64,000 bases of DNA from Auanema rhodensis (taxonomy: Eukaryota > Animalia > Nematoda): positions 7,006,001 through 7,070,000 of the forward strand of contig OZ059894.1 in NCBI GenBank assembly GCA_964057225.1. The letters run 5' to 3'. The notes beneath the pieces are model-generated. The model searched no databases. It was not told the origin of the DNA and saw nothing but the letters and a program-made list of their open reading frames with translations. Shown in pieces: positions 14,101-27,900 of this stretch. A program made the position numbers and the translations under genes. The stretch's first letter is position 1; each line of letters starts with the position of its first letter.

Positions 14101-17100
14101 AAAAACTTTTTTATGGTCAATGACATCAATGCTATTTGCTATCCTTAGCATCGGCCTTTAACAAACCCATTGCTTGTTTCTCGAAAATTCTTTGAACTCA
14201 TGGAAGCTCGAGAAGTTTCTACCTTGACACCTGGAGCTCATTTGTCAAATTTTCGAGAATATCAATTCTCACAACATCGGAGAGCATGAAAACCTGTTTA
14301 TCATACGGTTTTGTATTCTGGCCAGGATCATGCTAATGGCACGATAATGAAAAGTTTTCGAAGAATACATGTTCAAAGTCGTTATTTCTCTCTCCCTCAA
14401 GAACAGCTACATTTTCCAATTATTTTCGCCTCATTTGCAGATCGAACAATTCATACTTCTTCGGCTAACCTTTTATCTTATTCTAGCTGTAAAGACTGTT
14501 TTCGGAAACAAAAAACCATTGCAGATGAATGGCTTCTGTTCCATTCGTTTCGTACCACACCAACACTTCCCTCCCCCCCCCTTAACAGCATGTTGGTTGT
14601 CATCGTCATTCAGCTCTACGCCTAACTTAGGTAATTTTTGATCTCACCATACTACATATCAAAATTATTTTCTTTGCTTGTTCCCTTCAGAACATTGTGG
14701 GTTTTCTCTATTTTTCTTCAACTTAAATATAGAATTGTATTTCTTTGGAATAAAAAAAAATGTTTTTGATGTTATAAAAGAGATGGCGTCTTCCGATTAA
14801 CTTCTTTTTCATTCTCTGTTTTTCCACCCACCTACATCCTGTCTTCTTACTAGTTGAGGTCCAAGAACGTTTCATTCGCGATTCTTCATATACTATCTTC
14901 TGTTTGGATACCATCATAGGATTTCACCTTGTTATCGTACTGGTTTTCAGATAATTAGTTCTAATACCTTCAAAACTCGCAACACTTACGTATCGCGCTT
15001 ATACAATAGCTCTTCGGTCTCTTCACTTTGCTATTGTCCATCTGATCGCAGTTTTTTTGATCTTTTCATATTTTGTAATCAGTCTAACAAACAGCTTTTC
15101 ATGTCAGAAAGACAACTAAGCTCTTGTTCTCAAAGGTTTTTGTCTATCAAAGCATACGGCATATCACGTGCTTCATGAACAGCTCAACTCTCCACTATTC
15201 TGACTTACATTTCAAGGTAGCACCTAACCATTTTGTAAACTTTCAAACTTAAAATATAGAAAAGCATGCTGATTATCAAAGTTCAAATGCCTTTGTTGCT
15301 CTCTCAATATCAGCCTGTAACATAATACACAAAAAATGAAAAAAATCGTGTTTTCCTCTCGATTTTCCTGTAGCTTTTAAACAAGAAAAAGCATTGATGA
15401 CGACCCGATATTCTTTCTTATCTTTTCTGCCAAATTGAAACATTTTTTCAAAGTGCAATTTGGAGATCTGTTTCCATGAAATGAAGAAATGCCGCCTGTC
15501 AACGTGGTCTTGGCCACAATGTTTTCATTTTCCGGTCTTCATGTCTTAACATTTATTTTACTGTCCGCTTCTCATCATTTCCTCAATCCTTTTTCCTATC
15601 TTCTACTTGATTTTTTGTTTGTTTCTCTAAATCTCTCATTATTCGTCACACTCAGACATGTGTCCGTTGCTATTTCTGATCTAGCCGTTCCGTACTTTCT
15701 CAGCACTTCCATGTAAAGCGAAAGACACTGATCACGTGAATCTTTGCTATCTTCTGTCTATTCGCCACATATTGCCTAACAATACTCTAAATTCATACTC
15801 TCATCTGCTCTTGTTCGTTTCTCTTAGATCGGGTTTCGTGGAGTCAGCTGCAACGAGCAACTCTCCTCCGACTTCTTTGCAAACGAGAAAACGACCCAGC
15901 TTGGTAGTTATTTACAGCCGCTTTCTGTCTCCCTTTTTTTCTCTCACCAACTTCTTTATCGTACCTCTCCTCAACCTCACCTCGTTATCCTATCATTCCC
16001 TCTGTCCCTCTTTCTCCCTAATTCCTCCAATTTTGCACCTTTCCTTCTGTCCATCTTATAACGACTAGCACTCAATTATTCTCTCTCAACATTCATGTCT
16101 GGAAAAAAAACGTGTGAAACATTTTCTTCCTAAAATGTAATACACGTATTCGTCTCATGCTCCACGGAAGTTCTTTCGGAAATGAATTTTGCAGCCGTTT
16201 TGACTGTCAAATCGCGCTCGTTGCTTATCTGATGATTTTCACGAAGCCTTCTGGTAATTCATATAAAACAATATGAAGAACGGCTCGCTATTTTTTCGAA
16301 AGGAATTTAATTTTTTATCCGACAATTCCGTTGCACATATCTGGATGATCTGTATGGTAATTCCTATTTTGCAACTTTGAACAGATCCCAAAGCTTTCAA
16401 AAAATCCTCTTCGTCGCATTATCTGCTCATTGTGACGTCATTTTTCATTATTTCATTGACGCAGATGTACAACCGAGATTTCAAACTGCAGCTTGAGAAT
16501 CTAAAAAAGGTATCGCTAGGAAGTTCATTCTGTTTGACGTCACTTTCAGCTTTATGCGCCTACTGTCTTGTCTCTATTTCATTTAGTACATCGCTTTAAT
16601 CATGCTCTTCTTTTTGGGTGACGTACAGCTGCAGACAACGGACCTCCCCCTCATGGAAGAAACCAAATCGCATCGCTCAGTCACTCTTCGTTCTCATAAT
16701 AACACAGCTAACTTATATTATCCTTCCTTTCTCATGCATATAAAGGTCTGATCACGAACTATTGTGATTATTAAAAACATCGCTCATTGCATTCTTGGTC
16801 TCTAGACTAGCAACTCCTTTGTGATATGTTCCATCGCTTCAACTTCTGTTTTCAAATATCATATCTGCTCCTCTTCCTCTCTTTATGAAATGATAATCTC
16901 TATGAAGTTTTGGTCATACTTCCTCGGGCAAGGACCGCAGTCAGAATTTCTGAGGAATGGTTGGAATGCGGCGGCTCTTGGGTTCGAGGATACCTATTGC
17001 CTCCTATTTTCTTTGTGTTAAAAGCGGACGCCGAAAGCGGATCATTTTCTAGACAGAGTTAGTGGCATCATGTCCGTCCAGCTGTTCACGTGACACCCTA

Positions 17101-17281
17101 GAAAGAAATAAAATGAAATGAAACTTCGAGTTCGTCATTGTTTTTTTGTCATCATTTATCATTTATTTGTATGATTAGAGATATTATATTACCCTAATAA
17201 TACAGAAAATTCTCATTCAATAACCAATAAGTAATGATCATTACTGATCAAGAACACAATTAATGCGTGCTCTATTTGAAA

Positions 17282-17296
17282 CACGTGAGTCACGTG
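17282..17296. promoter_or_regulatory. Composite E-box / AP-1 / E-box element upstream of dbl-1
   Basis: CACGTGAGTCACGTG; identical copy at 31791-31805. Confidence 0.5.
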
Positions 17297-19125
17297 CTTC
17301 ACGGACAAAAACTTCATTTTTATTGTTAATCAAGTTAAAAGGCGGTTGTTCTTACACTTTTATATACGAAACTGTTGCTGTTCATTCAATTAAAAGAATT
17401 ATTTTTTTTTTATTATTTATCTAAGTAAGTTTTGTTTTTTAAATTTTTGATTTTAATCATTTTTTATTATATACGTGCGTAGATTGAATTTCTAAAACAT
17501 TCCCTCGTGTCAAACAATAATATTTTTCTAAACAGTTTTCAATGATAGCCAATTTAATATGCTCCTGGTCAAATTTAAAACATAAAATTAGCTCGGGCCA
17601 ACATACCATTGAAGCAGATTTCTATTGTTGTTCTAATACATTAGATATTTTACAATTCTGCGAACATCATTTTTTTTATTTCTAAAATGACCTCCTTTAT
17701 TTGCATGAGCCTTTAAAGGCGCCTCTCAGTTAGAAAAAATGTCTGAGTATAGTCGTAAAATCGTTCGACTACCGTAACCTTTAATAAACCAGATTTTAAA
17801 ATTATTCTTAATCCTTGAATATTATAGCTTTCAATTATTTTAAATTATGTAACATTTTCTCGATTGTTTTAATCTTATAAGCATTTCTCTTATTTCATAG
17901 TAATATTCAAAAAAATCATCGTAAAAAAAATTGCTCGTCCATATACACTTTGAACTGTCCAGAAAGTGTAATGTGTCAAAAATGTATTTTCAATTTTCTT
18001 ATGTTTAAGTTTTACTAATTTATTTTTATCTTTTTCCTATTTATATTATTTTATTAGCTTTCAGAAAATGCTTGTTTTGATTACCATTATTACTAGTTAT
18101 TCGTTCATAGCTTTAATATTAATTTGCACAATCCCTTTTCTAAATCATATAACTCTCGTTTATCAGTCATGCCGTTGGTGGTGGTGGTCGTCTGTTTCTC
18201 TGATGTATCCAATATCCTTTGAACCTGCCGCTGTTAGCAAGTGACTGACAGACCTGTGTATTCTATTTTTCAAAGCTTTTCATTTTCTTAACTCTTTAAT
18301 CGCATCTAATAGCATAATAAGTTGAGCGTTTAACTCATATACCCATAATACAGCTTACTCTATTAATAATATTATAATATATTTTTTTAAAGTTGTACCT
18401 TGCCGTTTTTTATTTTTATCCATGCGCTCATAGTTAGCCAAGTGACAATTCCCTGAACACAAATCATTTTTCGACCTAAAACTTTTCAAACTTTTCATTC
18501 TCTAACATAATACATCTTGAATTCTTCTATACATATGTGGTCAAATCCCCCTGGACATATTAAGTTCCTTCGATTGTTGTTGACCCTTAGCCGATAATCC
18601 ACTGTGTTTTAGTAAGTCAGTTTTTCTAAAAGTAAGGGTTATTCATATTGAATTATAAGTCAGTTTCTCAAGCCCCTGACTGTTGTTTCACTCTCTGCAG
18701 TACTCATCAAAAGTTATTCCTTATCCTATAATTTGTTTTTTTGCTCCATAAACTTCTCTTTTTTTTCTATTTGGAATTAATCATGCCTTGACGCTCTTTT
18801 CCATTCAATTACCTACGTGCACATTTTCTTTTAAACTTTGTATTAATCATACTTTATGAAACATATGATCCAACAAAACACCCTGGGAAAATTTGTTTGA
18901 TCTTCACTTACTGACCTGTTAACGTAGAAAATTTCAAAATTGGTTTTGATCATGTTGTAAAAAAGATATATGATTCCTTCTTTTCTCTTTATTTTTATTT
19001 ATTTTATGTTGTATGTCTGAACTAATATATGTTTCTTTACAGTCGAGTTATTACTTCCGTGATGCGGTTATGAACTATTCCAACCGTGGCATCATCTTCC
19101 TCATGTGTGCTACTATTAGTACAGT

Positions 19126-20648
19126 ATGATATTCTGCCCCCTACGACTGATTACTCTGCTCGTCTGCTCCCTGCTTCTCTTTTCACCCTCTTCTTACTGT
19201 GCTCTCTTCACTTCAAAAGAAAAAATGTTCATCAAAAAAGGTATTCAACGTTAATATTTCCTCTTATTATGCTAAATCATACTTAGGTCTTCTTCAAAAG
19301 CTCGGCTTTAATGAGAGACCTCATCATACAACTCCTGTACTACCTATACCTGACCATATGTGGCAGTTTTATAGGGATGTTATAGATGAAGAAAATGATT
19401 CAGATTGGATCCGTCATTACTATCCTACTGTGAGTTGTCTTCTCATCACAATGTTGTTACTTATTGTTTCAAAAACATACATCGTTAGATTCCATTTTGA
19501 TGATCATGCTTTTCAGAAGATAATTGAACAAAATTCTGGCTTATTATTGTCGTACAATTTGTCACTATCAGTGCAGCATGAGAACCAGTTGGAAGCCGTA
19601 CGTAAGGCTGAGCTTAAGATCAAACTACAAACTACCAATCAGCAACAGCAGACGAGCAGGCATGTCAGCCTGTTTGTTGTTTCTAAAAATGGAGGTGTAA
19701 GTGTACTTAGTTTCTTTGAATTTTCATAATAATATGCCTTTAGAAAAACCGATTACTCGACTCAAGGCCGATCGAACCCTCGTCAGGGACCCACAATTCG
19801 GATGAAGTCCGATACATGGATCTGGATCTGACCCAAGTCTTATCCTCTTCAACTCCAAGCACAGTAAGCTTTGACTTATCATTTTGCCCTAAAAATAGAA
19901 TTACTAAAAATAAGTATAACTTTGGTTTTGTATAGATTGACTTGTTGTTGGAGCTTCCCCCGGAGACTTTTCTCTACTCCACCCCCTCACACTCCATTTC
20001 CAGTATTCCGTACTCGAAACTTCAAAGTGCGGCTCTTGTGATTCAAAGGTTCTTTTTAACTTTCAAGTTGTACCTGTAAAAAAATTTTTCTTAGTGAACT
20101 TAGAGATCCTACTCGCGTACGACGGAAAAGAACACTTCGAAGACGTAAGGGACGGAGACAGCATCGTGTTTCAATGGAGAGTAGCTTATGCCATAAAAAA
20201 GAGCTATATGTGGATTTCGAAGAGTTAAACTGGCAAGATTGGATCTTAGCACCAAGTCATCAAATTAACATCTTTTTAAATTAAATATACATGATTTCAG
20301 AAGGGTATCACGCCGGTCAGTGTAGCGGTGATTGTGCGTACCCAATTCCTTCGTATTTAAACGCCACTAATCATGCGATTATTCAGTCATTACTGCACTC
20401 GCTCAATCCACAGGTTTTTATAGTTTTCTCTTAATTCAAGATAATGTATCTCTGATGAACTCATGAAATGAATTATAGATTCCTCCACCTTGTTGTGTTC
20501 CGACGCAAACGAACACTCTTGCAATTCTGTATATGGACATAGATAATAGGTTTCTAATGAAGTTCAAAATTGAGTTTAATTCTTTATTTTTAGAATCACA
20601 ATAAAAAAATATGAAGACATGCGGGTTGAAGCTTGCGGGTGTCGCTAA
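19126..20648 (+). CDS. dbl-1: BMP2/4/Dpp-type TGF-beta ligand DBL-1 (multi-exon)
   Basis: Signal peptide MIFCPLRLITLLVCSLLLFSPSSYC, prodomain (LLQKLGF..IPDHMWQFY) and furin site RVRRKR. Mature cystine-knot domain [64 protein letters not shown], very close to C. elegans DBL-1. Confidence 0.95.
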
Positions 20649-21599
20649 TATATGAATATTCGTGTCCTGCTTTGAAGAAGTACTCAAGCATTCAATCTGT
20701 AGGATGTCTTCATCAACGTGGTCACACACGAACTTCCCAATTCAAAACGGAACGGATAATGGAGGTCCAGCTATTTGGAAGGACTGTCTATCTGTCATTA
20801 CCGTCGCCTTCTTCCTTGCCATTCACTAGTTTCATCAACGGGTTGCCCAATTCCAATTTCTAAATGTTTCCTTCTTTGTTTCTTCTGGTATTATTGAATC
20901 CCATTTTTCGTCTCCCTCCTCGTCTCACCAAATGGTAGCGTGGCTTTTTTAGTTTTTTCTTTTTTTTGCTCACTCTCACTCTTTCTTATTCGTAAAGTTC
21001 AAGCTTTTAACAAAGTTTCTGTCCATCTGAACGTTATAACTCAAAGTTGTAAAACAGTTTTGTCGCTATTTGAGTATATTTTCACAGAATTTTCCTTTCA
21101 TTTAATAATATTGGATGAAGAAGTTTAATTTAGCAAGTGATCTCAATAGATTTCTGTTTATTTTCATGAAGTTAATAGTTTACCATGTTTAAAAGACATG
21201 ACATTTTAAGATACTTTTAGTTATTAATTATGTATTTTTTATCCTCCTTGCTATTCTCGTCACATACTGCGTCGTTAATTTGCTATGGCGTCCGGTGTCT
21301 ACTTTCTGATATTTTCTCAGATTTTTCCATTCTATCTACGGTCACTGCTCATCATCTTAGTCCGTGAGATATTTGTGCTTAATACATTTTTGATTTTTGT
21401 CTTTTATCATCCATGAATTTGCGTCTGTTTGTCTGTATGCACTGATCAGCTACTTTATCTTCACGTACTGTGGTAACTTTTCAAATTATAATATATTAAT
21501 TATAAAAGATTACAAACTTTCAATTGGTTTGAAAACTTGTTATAACTAGTAAAATCAAGTTGGGAATCAAAATCTATTATTTTGTGGAAACATATTCAG

Positions 21600-21956
21600 G
21601 GATACTAAGTTTTGTGGTATTGTGATGTCATCAAGCTCTGCTCGACTATTCTGCCCAGCAACGTCAGACAGGTATGACGTTGGCAGCATCTGCATTGTTC
21701 TCTGGTTTGCACCAAGTGGTATCTGAGAAACAGGAAGCAGAGCAAGGTGTGGATAGTTTGATCGTTGTAAGACCTGAGCGGTAACTCTTTTGAAATTTGA
21801 ACCATTGGCTGATCATCTAAAGAAGATCGCATGTGTGTATGGAGTGTGTGGATAAGCCTATGAAAATGATAAAGCGATCCTACCTGTGGAGGTCAGCTGC
21901 AACAGATTGTAGCTTATTGTCGGTTATATTGAAGTAGGGGTTACACCGAGTTTTTT
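21600..21956 (+). ncRNA. Candidate structured ncRNA with an H/ACA-like 3' domain (snoRNA/scaRNA-like)
   Basis: GC-richer island with several helices. Hairpin 21803-21862, H box AAATGA 21864-21869, hairpin 21878-21939, ACA 21943-21945, then T6. Confidence 0.45.
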
Positions 21957-24884
21957 AACTAGTTGCATGAACAGATTTTAAGTTTTAAAATAAAATGAAG
22001 ATAAAGTTTAAAAATGAACAGCATATTTCTAATTTATAAATGAAATATAAATTCTATTAAACATAATATTTAATTTGTTTTATTTATCAAACAGTTATGG
22101 GGACATAGGTAACAGAATATTTTAAATGTTCTACAATAAGAATTCATTCAGGAATGTTGTTTTTCTGGTGAAGTTGCATAGAAATTATCTAAAATTTCAC
22201 ATTAAACAAGATATTTAGCCTTCATATATCTCACTTGAATAACTTCAACCCGTGTCAACTACTATTTCAACTTTTTTTGGGTTGTAGTCAGCGGTAGCAT
22301 ATAATAGTTTCTTCTTTTTATCTTAGCTCAGATATATTTTTTCGAAATTACTACTTTATGTTTTTGTTTTTCGAATATTTAGAGCTGGGAGACTTTTAAT
22401 TTCATTTTTTATTTTCATAAGAAAATTTGACTAGCCTTTTCATACTAACGCATCGAAAAAAACGCTGAAAGCCTGTCTCTTTGCCTACCAAAAATGCTAT
22501 AATTGGAAAATAAAAATTGAATTATTTGTTTTCGATTTCCTACGGCTGAGTGGATAAATGTAAGTAAAATTGGAAGTTCTCCTTCATTTAACTCTCCCCC
22601 ACCCCGACGAAAAATGAAATAAAATTAAGATGAAGCTGTTGTATCTGATGTTATTGATTATTAAAAAAAAAGAAAATAATTTTCAAACACAAAGCTGTAA
22701 TATGTGGTGAACACGTGTAGTTATTGTCTGACGTGTAGTAAGGCGAATCAGCTAGATTAATATCTCGTCATTGTATTGCGTCCAACCACTTCCGTTTAAC
22801 ATAAAACTCCAGATCGTGGTATCGTAAACCAAGAAATTTTATGTAAAACTGTTGTATGCTGAAACATACATATAATTCGTCACTATCTAGTAGTGCTGCC
22901 CATTATCGCAAAGTATAATGCTCACTTTCTTTTTTTTTGACGAATAAGCTAATCAGCCAACTCAATTATATAACCATATAAGTATTTTAATAGCTCAGGC
23001 AAAATTCTCAAAAGAGAATCCTAAGTAGCTGTAAGCATGATGGTGACAGACAGAAAAAAACCCTTTTTTGAAGATGAATATCTAAAATAGATAGTTGTAT
23101 ATTATGCTTTACGGATTAATGCATAATTCCGTGATTAATTTCGGCAAGATATAGTGGAGTAGCAGCGATACGGGCACAAGAGAACTCGAAAGTGATACTT
23201 ATAGTCAACGACATGTCATTCATCAAAATATTTTGTAATCACTGTTTTCATTTAATCATGTTTTGTATGATAAAGCGAATTGGCTACTGCTGCTACTACA
23301 GACCATAAAAGCCACATATTTTCTTTTATTTTTTGATTTTCCTGTCATCCTCATGTTACATAATAACATGATTAGAATGAGCCATAAGTCAAAATAATGT
23401 GACATCCCGAACATGAAAACGAGAAATGTTGCCCCAAAATATATAATATTATAAAGAAAAAATGCGTTGAAAGTTTAAAGATGATTCTTTACACGTTTTT
23501 TTTCCAAAATTTCGTGACATTCTCCTTCTTTCTCCATTTGGAACGAAGTATACTTGAAGCTATTGTAAAATGGATGAAAGTTGGAGGCATCATTCAAGCT
23601 AAAAGGTTGTCGATCTTTTCTATTCATGTTTTTTTTTCGGTAATTTGAATCCAGAACACGAACTCAAACATGCTGTTGATGGAAAAATAATGTTCCTTTT
23701 AAAAATTTACAGATTGCCTAATGAATATGATACAAAATTCAATTGCTTTTTGACGAGTTCATCTCAACATTGCTGAGCTCTAGATGAGTTCTATCTCAAT
23801 ATTCCTAGAATCCCTTGGAAGTCAGAAACAGGAATCGTGAAGAAAAATGATGAGAATTTATTTCATTTGATCGATTTCTTGGCTTCATTGTCTTTTTGCG
23901 TTCAGAGCTCTTATGCAAACCATATGCTTGATTCAAAGCAGTTTCAAGCTGAAGAAATTAAACCAAGAGGGATATTAAAGCTGATTCTAATATGGAAATG
24001 CTACAGCTATAACCATCACAAACTTAATGCCGGTTTTTTCACTTTCCCACCACACTCGAAAAATCAGTTATTTTCCGATTACTATTGTTGATAATCATCC
24101 GAAATATTCATAATAATCATATATCATCCGGTTCTTATAACAAGTCAATACCAATGTGCCTTCAATATTTTTGCTATTTATTTGAATATTATTTATATTT
24201 TTTATTATATTATATGGTTTGATTAAAAGTAAACATGATAAAGTACCATATAATCTACTCCAAATACACATATAATCTTAATACCACAAATATAATATTA
24301 ATAAGAGATTTTTTTTTTGTTTTCTCTTCTATCGACTACCGGAAATTGATGTTTCGAGAGAGCATGGAATACGAGATCAACATGAAGCAACATGGGAATA
24401 TTTGGTTTTCAAAGTTTATTCCTTATTTCTTCGTTAGACGTTTTGCTTGCAGTAGCAGAAGAATTGAGATGAATGTATATCCATTTCGTTCAGCATAGAA
24501 GAAAAGGGAAATTATAATTACAAGGAAAGTGAGAAAAAGAGAAAAGAAACTAAAGGGAAAAACGAGAAAAATATATAGAGAGTGAGAAAGAAAGACAGGG
24601 AATGAGAGAGGAAGAGAGGGAGATACAGAAAGAGGGAAAGAGGGAGAGAGAGAGAGGTAAACAGAGAAGAAAAGACTGAGAGAGAGTCAAAGAATTCATT
24701 CTTATGATTAATTCTCTGTTGCAGTCGTTGTGCAGATGAAAGTGCTTAGACGATTAGCAGATGTCTATTGGGGCTAGAGTTAATTGGAAAGATAGACACA
24801 GCTAACAGAGCTTATTCCATTTCCTAAGCTATCATTCCGATATGCCCAGAAGAAGAACTGAGATAGATAGATAGATAAGGCAAT

Positions 24885-24899
24885 GAGAGAGAGAGAAGG

Positions 24900-24934
<35 letters not shown>
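24885..24934. repeat. (GA)n microsatellite followed by a G run
   Basis: Interrupted GA repeat, then about 10 G. Confidence 0.9.
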
Positions 24935-27900
24935 TAGAAAAATCAAAGAGATATATTAAAGAAAGGTGGTCATAAAGAATGTGAAAAGTGGACAGGGAGG
25001 TAGAGAAACATGGATAGTTGATCTTACCTTTTGCTCCCCATTTGGTTTCCTTTATATATGTATATTTTGCTCTTTTCTTGAAACCTGCTCTGTTTTCTTC
25101 ACTATAAACGTGTATTCAGAATGTGTATATAGACATATTTTCATCGTTTCCATTTAGTTTCTAGTTGAAAAATCAATGCATCTACCATAACAGTGTATAG
25201 TATAGAAGCGTTTTGTACGGGATAAGCTGCGAACTCACTTTATTTTCGTATTAATAGATATGACAAACGAGATAAATTGTTTTGGGACGATCATTGCATA
25301 AATTTATCCTATAAAAGGACAGCGACTTCATTGAAATGAGTTTCTGACGACACAACTGATGGCTTTTTCAGCTGTTATGCTGAATCCTAATTTTACTTTT
25401 CTGCTTCAGAAACTGCTGTCCATGTTGCTTGTTCAAGCTTGCAGCAACAACAGTAGAAGAACTTTAGCTAGTTGTGCATGCTAGGGGAACTTAGGGTTTC
25501 TGGCAATTCAGAAAGCATAAGGCGATGATGTGTATGATTATAGATGAGCAAATTGACGAAGAGAAGAAACAGCTGGACGTCTGATTACTTCCTTGATGCT
25601 GTAGTCTCGGACATCCATTTTAGTCATGAAGCAGTTTCTGCTTCAGTTACATATATCAGAATTTCTGAGATGACTTCAATCTGTTCATGCAGAAAGCCAC
25701 GTCCTGCTTTGATTTTTTGAAAAATTTAGTGAAGCTGACAAAGTTCAAAAACACAAACAACTATGAAAAGGAACTAGCTAGCTGTTTAACTAATAGGTTC
25801 AGCTGTAAGTGGTTTACTTTTTTCAGGCTCAATTTGTATAGAGTTCAATTCAATATGAAATATTGACTCTATTCTTTCTCTCCTCCCTCATCCCTCTCTT
25901 TTAACTTTTCCGAAGCTCGTCAATTCCGGATTTGGTACGAGTGATAGTTTTATAAGGTGTAACACATTTGAACCTCCACATCTATGAACAACGTTGTGAC
26001 CGTGAAGTACTGGTCAATAGCAACTTTATTCAGAAAAAGTGCGAAAGAACATTGAAATTGGAAAAACGTACAACGGAAGAAAATCTTTTGAACTAGTTTA
26101 ATAGTCACGGGGAAAAAATTCGTTGGCAGTTTCATCAGCACGGCGGCAATGTTCTTTGAATGTTCCCCTTGAGGTAACCTAATCAGCGTGTAGTACCACT
26201 CTCATATTAATCATGAACGACGTTGCCTTTCTTCTCCTAGTAGCTAATCATCTTTTTTCTTTTTGAACCCAGTCATTGTCGCCTTGCCCGTTCACTCCAG
26301 AAACATGTGGTTAGTTACTATCTCATCGAAAGACCACAGATTAAGTATTCGGACAAGTCATTTTCTTTTGGCCATCATGTCTGACAACTATATTCACTTT
26401 TTTGTCGTATTCCCTGCTTCTGACCACACCCCTTCATCAAAAATGAATATGAATATGGCCTTACCCCTAGTTTCATTGATTAGCTGTCTTTTCATCAACA
26501 TCGTTTAACAACGGATATGAGACGTGGATTATATGAGTTTGAAACCTTTTATGTACCAATATGTTCTCAGATAGATTGAGATTGTTGATGTCTCGCAATT
26601 TAATTTATTTGCTTATTCCTCCAAGAGTTCATTGGCAAATGAATTGGCTCATTTCGATCACAATATTGCATTTATTCATTAAAATCGCTTAAACATTGTA
26701 GGAAATTTTGTTGCTTTTAGTATCATTGTAGACTGCTAGTTGAAAAGTTATAGTGGAAATAATAGCAGTTGCTGTAATCGGAAAGAGTAGTAATAAAAGT
26801 CAATATAGGACTATATCAACTAGCAACATCATCGAATGACAATCGATACTCCAGAACAACAAATCTTGAAGAAAAAACAACAATAAAGGAGAAGGAAGAC
26901 AAAGACGGCTCCAAAATAACACAAAGACGGAATAACGCCAGTGAAGAGCAGGCAGATAACGAAAGACACATACTCCTGAATGGCGGCTTGTAAAGAGATG
27001 GAACTCCGCATAACTTGTATCTATTGTTGCTGTTCCTTAAGTACATGTTTTTCTAGTGAAGCTCACTTTTTTGAGTTTATATTTTTGTAAGAAGACCTCA
27101 CTTCAATTGATCTATGACTATGGTGTGGTTTGATTACCAGCCATTTGCTCGATCATCTTCTAGCTTGCAGTCAACCAACCCCAAACATCTAAGGCCTGTT
27201 TTTCACTTTTTTCTTTTGGCTCCTTCTTTTTCATTTCATCCTCTTCTTCCGCTTACCAAAAAATTCAAGAAAACATCTATAGTTTGGTGATTTTAGCTCA
27301 AGTTCTCTTGACATGATCGCTAAACTTATCAGCAGAAAAAAAAACATACAATTACAACAGAAAACAGCCATAAACAACTAAGCTAAAAACACGACAATTT
27401 CAAGAAAGAAAACTTTAGAAGTTCATCTGATGAAATATGCCGGACATTGTTCAACATATGGGAAAACTGTGCAAACTTTCGTCTCCTTTTCTGGATCACG
27501 AAAACAGCAAATATCATACTCTTTGCTACTTTCAAACAATCCTTCAATTACATTTTCCCTGATCTTAGAATGAAATCTCAATAACAGATTCGGCCTAATC
27601 TGCTCCGATGAGAGAAGCCGTGTTTGATAAATACACACGTCCAAATCTTCATGATTTCGTCATTTCAATACTATAGATAGCCAACATGATATTGAAAATC
27701 CGTCCCTTATCCACCCTTCATGCTTCTTGCTGATTTAGTGTCGATTTTCAACCTCGAGCTGTTCAGAAGCTTGGCAGTTTTCAAGCACAAAGTATCCTTT
27801 CCATATTTTAAGATTGCATCAAACGCACAAAGAAGTATATGTACGAAAAAACAAGTGTTCTGGCGTATGAGAAAACTGTTTATCCACAAATAAAATATAG

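Noticed and set aside
21853-21860. TAAGCCTA as proof of a telomerase RNA template
   Set aside because: An 8-mer is expected about once by chance in a window this size. It lies in a predicted stem and on the wrong side of the junction domain, so it is kept only as a side note.
21895-21920. ACAGATTGTAGCTTAT resembling the RNase P CR-V motif
   Set aside because: It forms a local hairpin, and no matching CR-I (GGAAnUC) strand for helix P4 was found.
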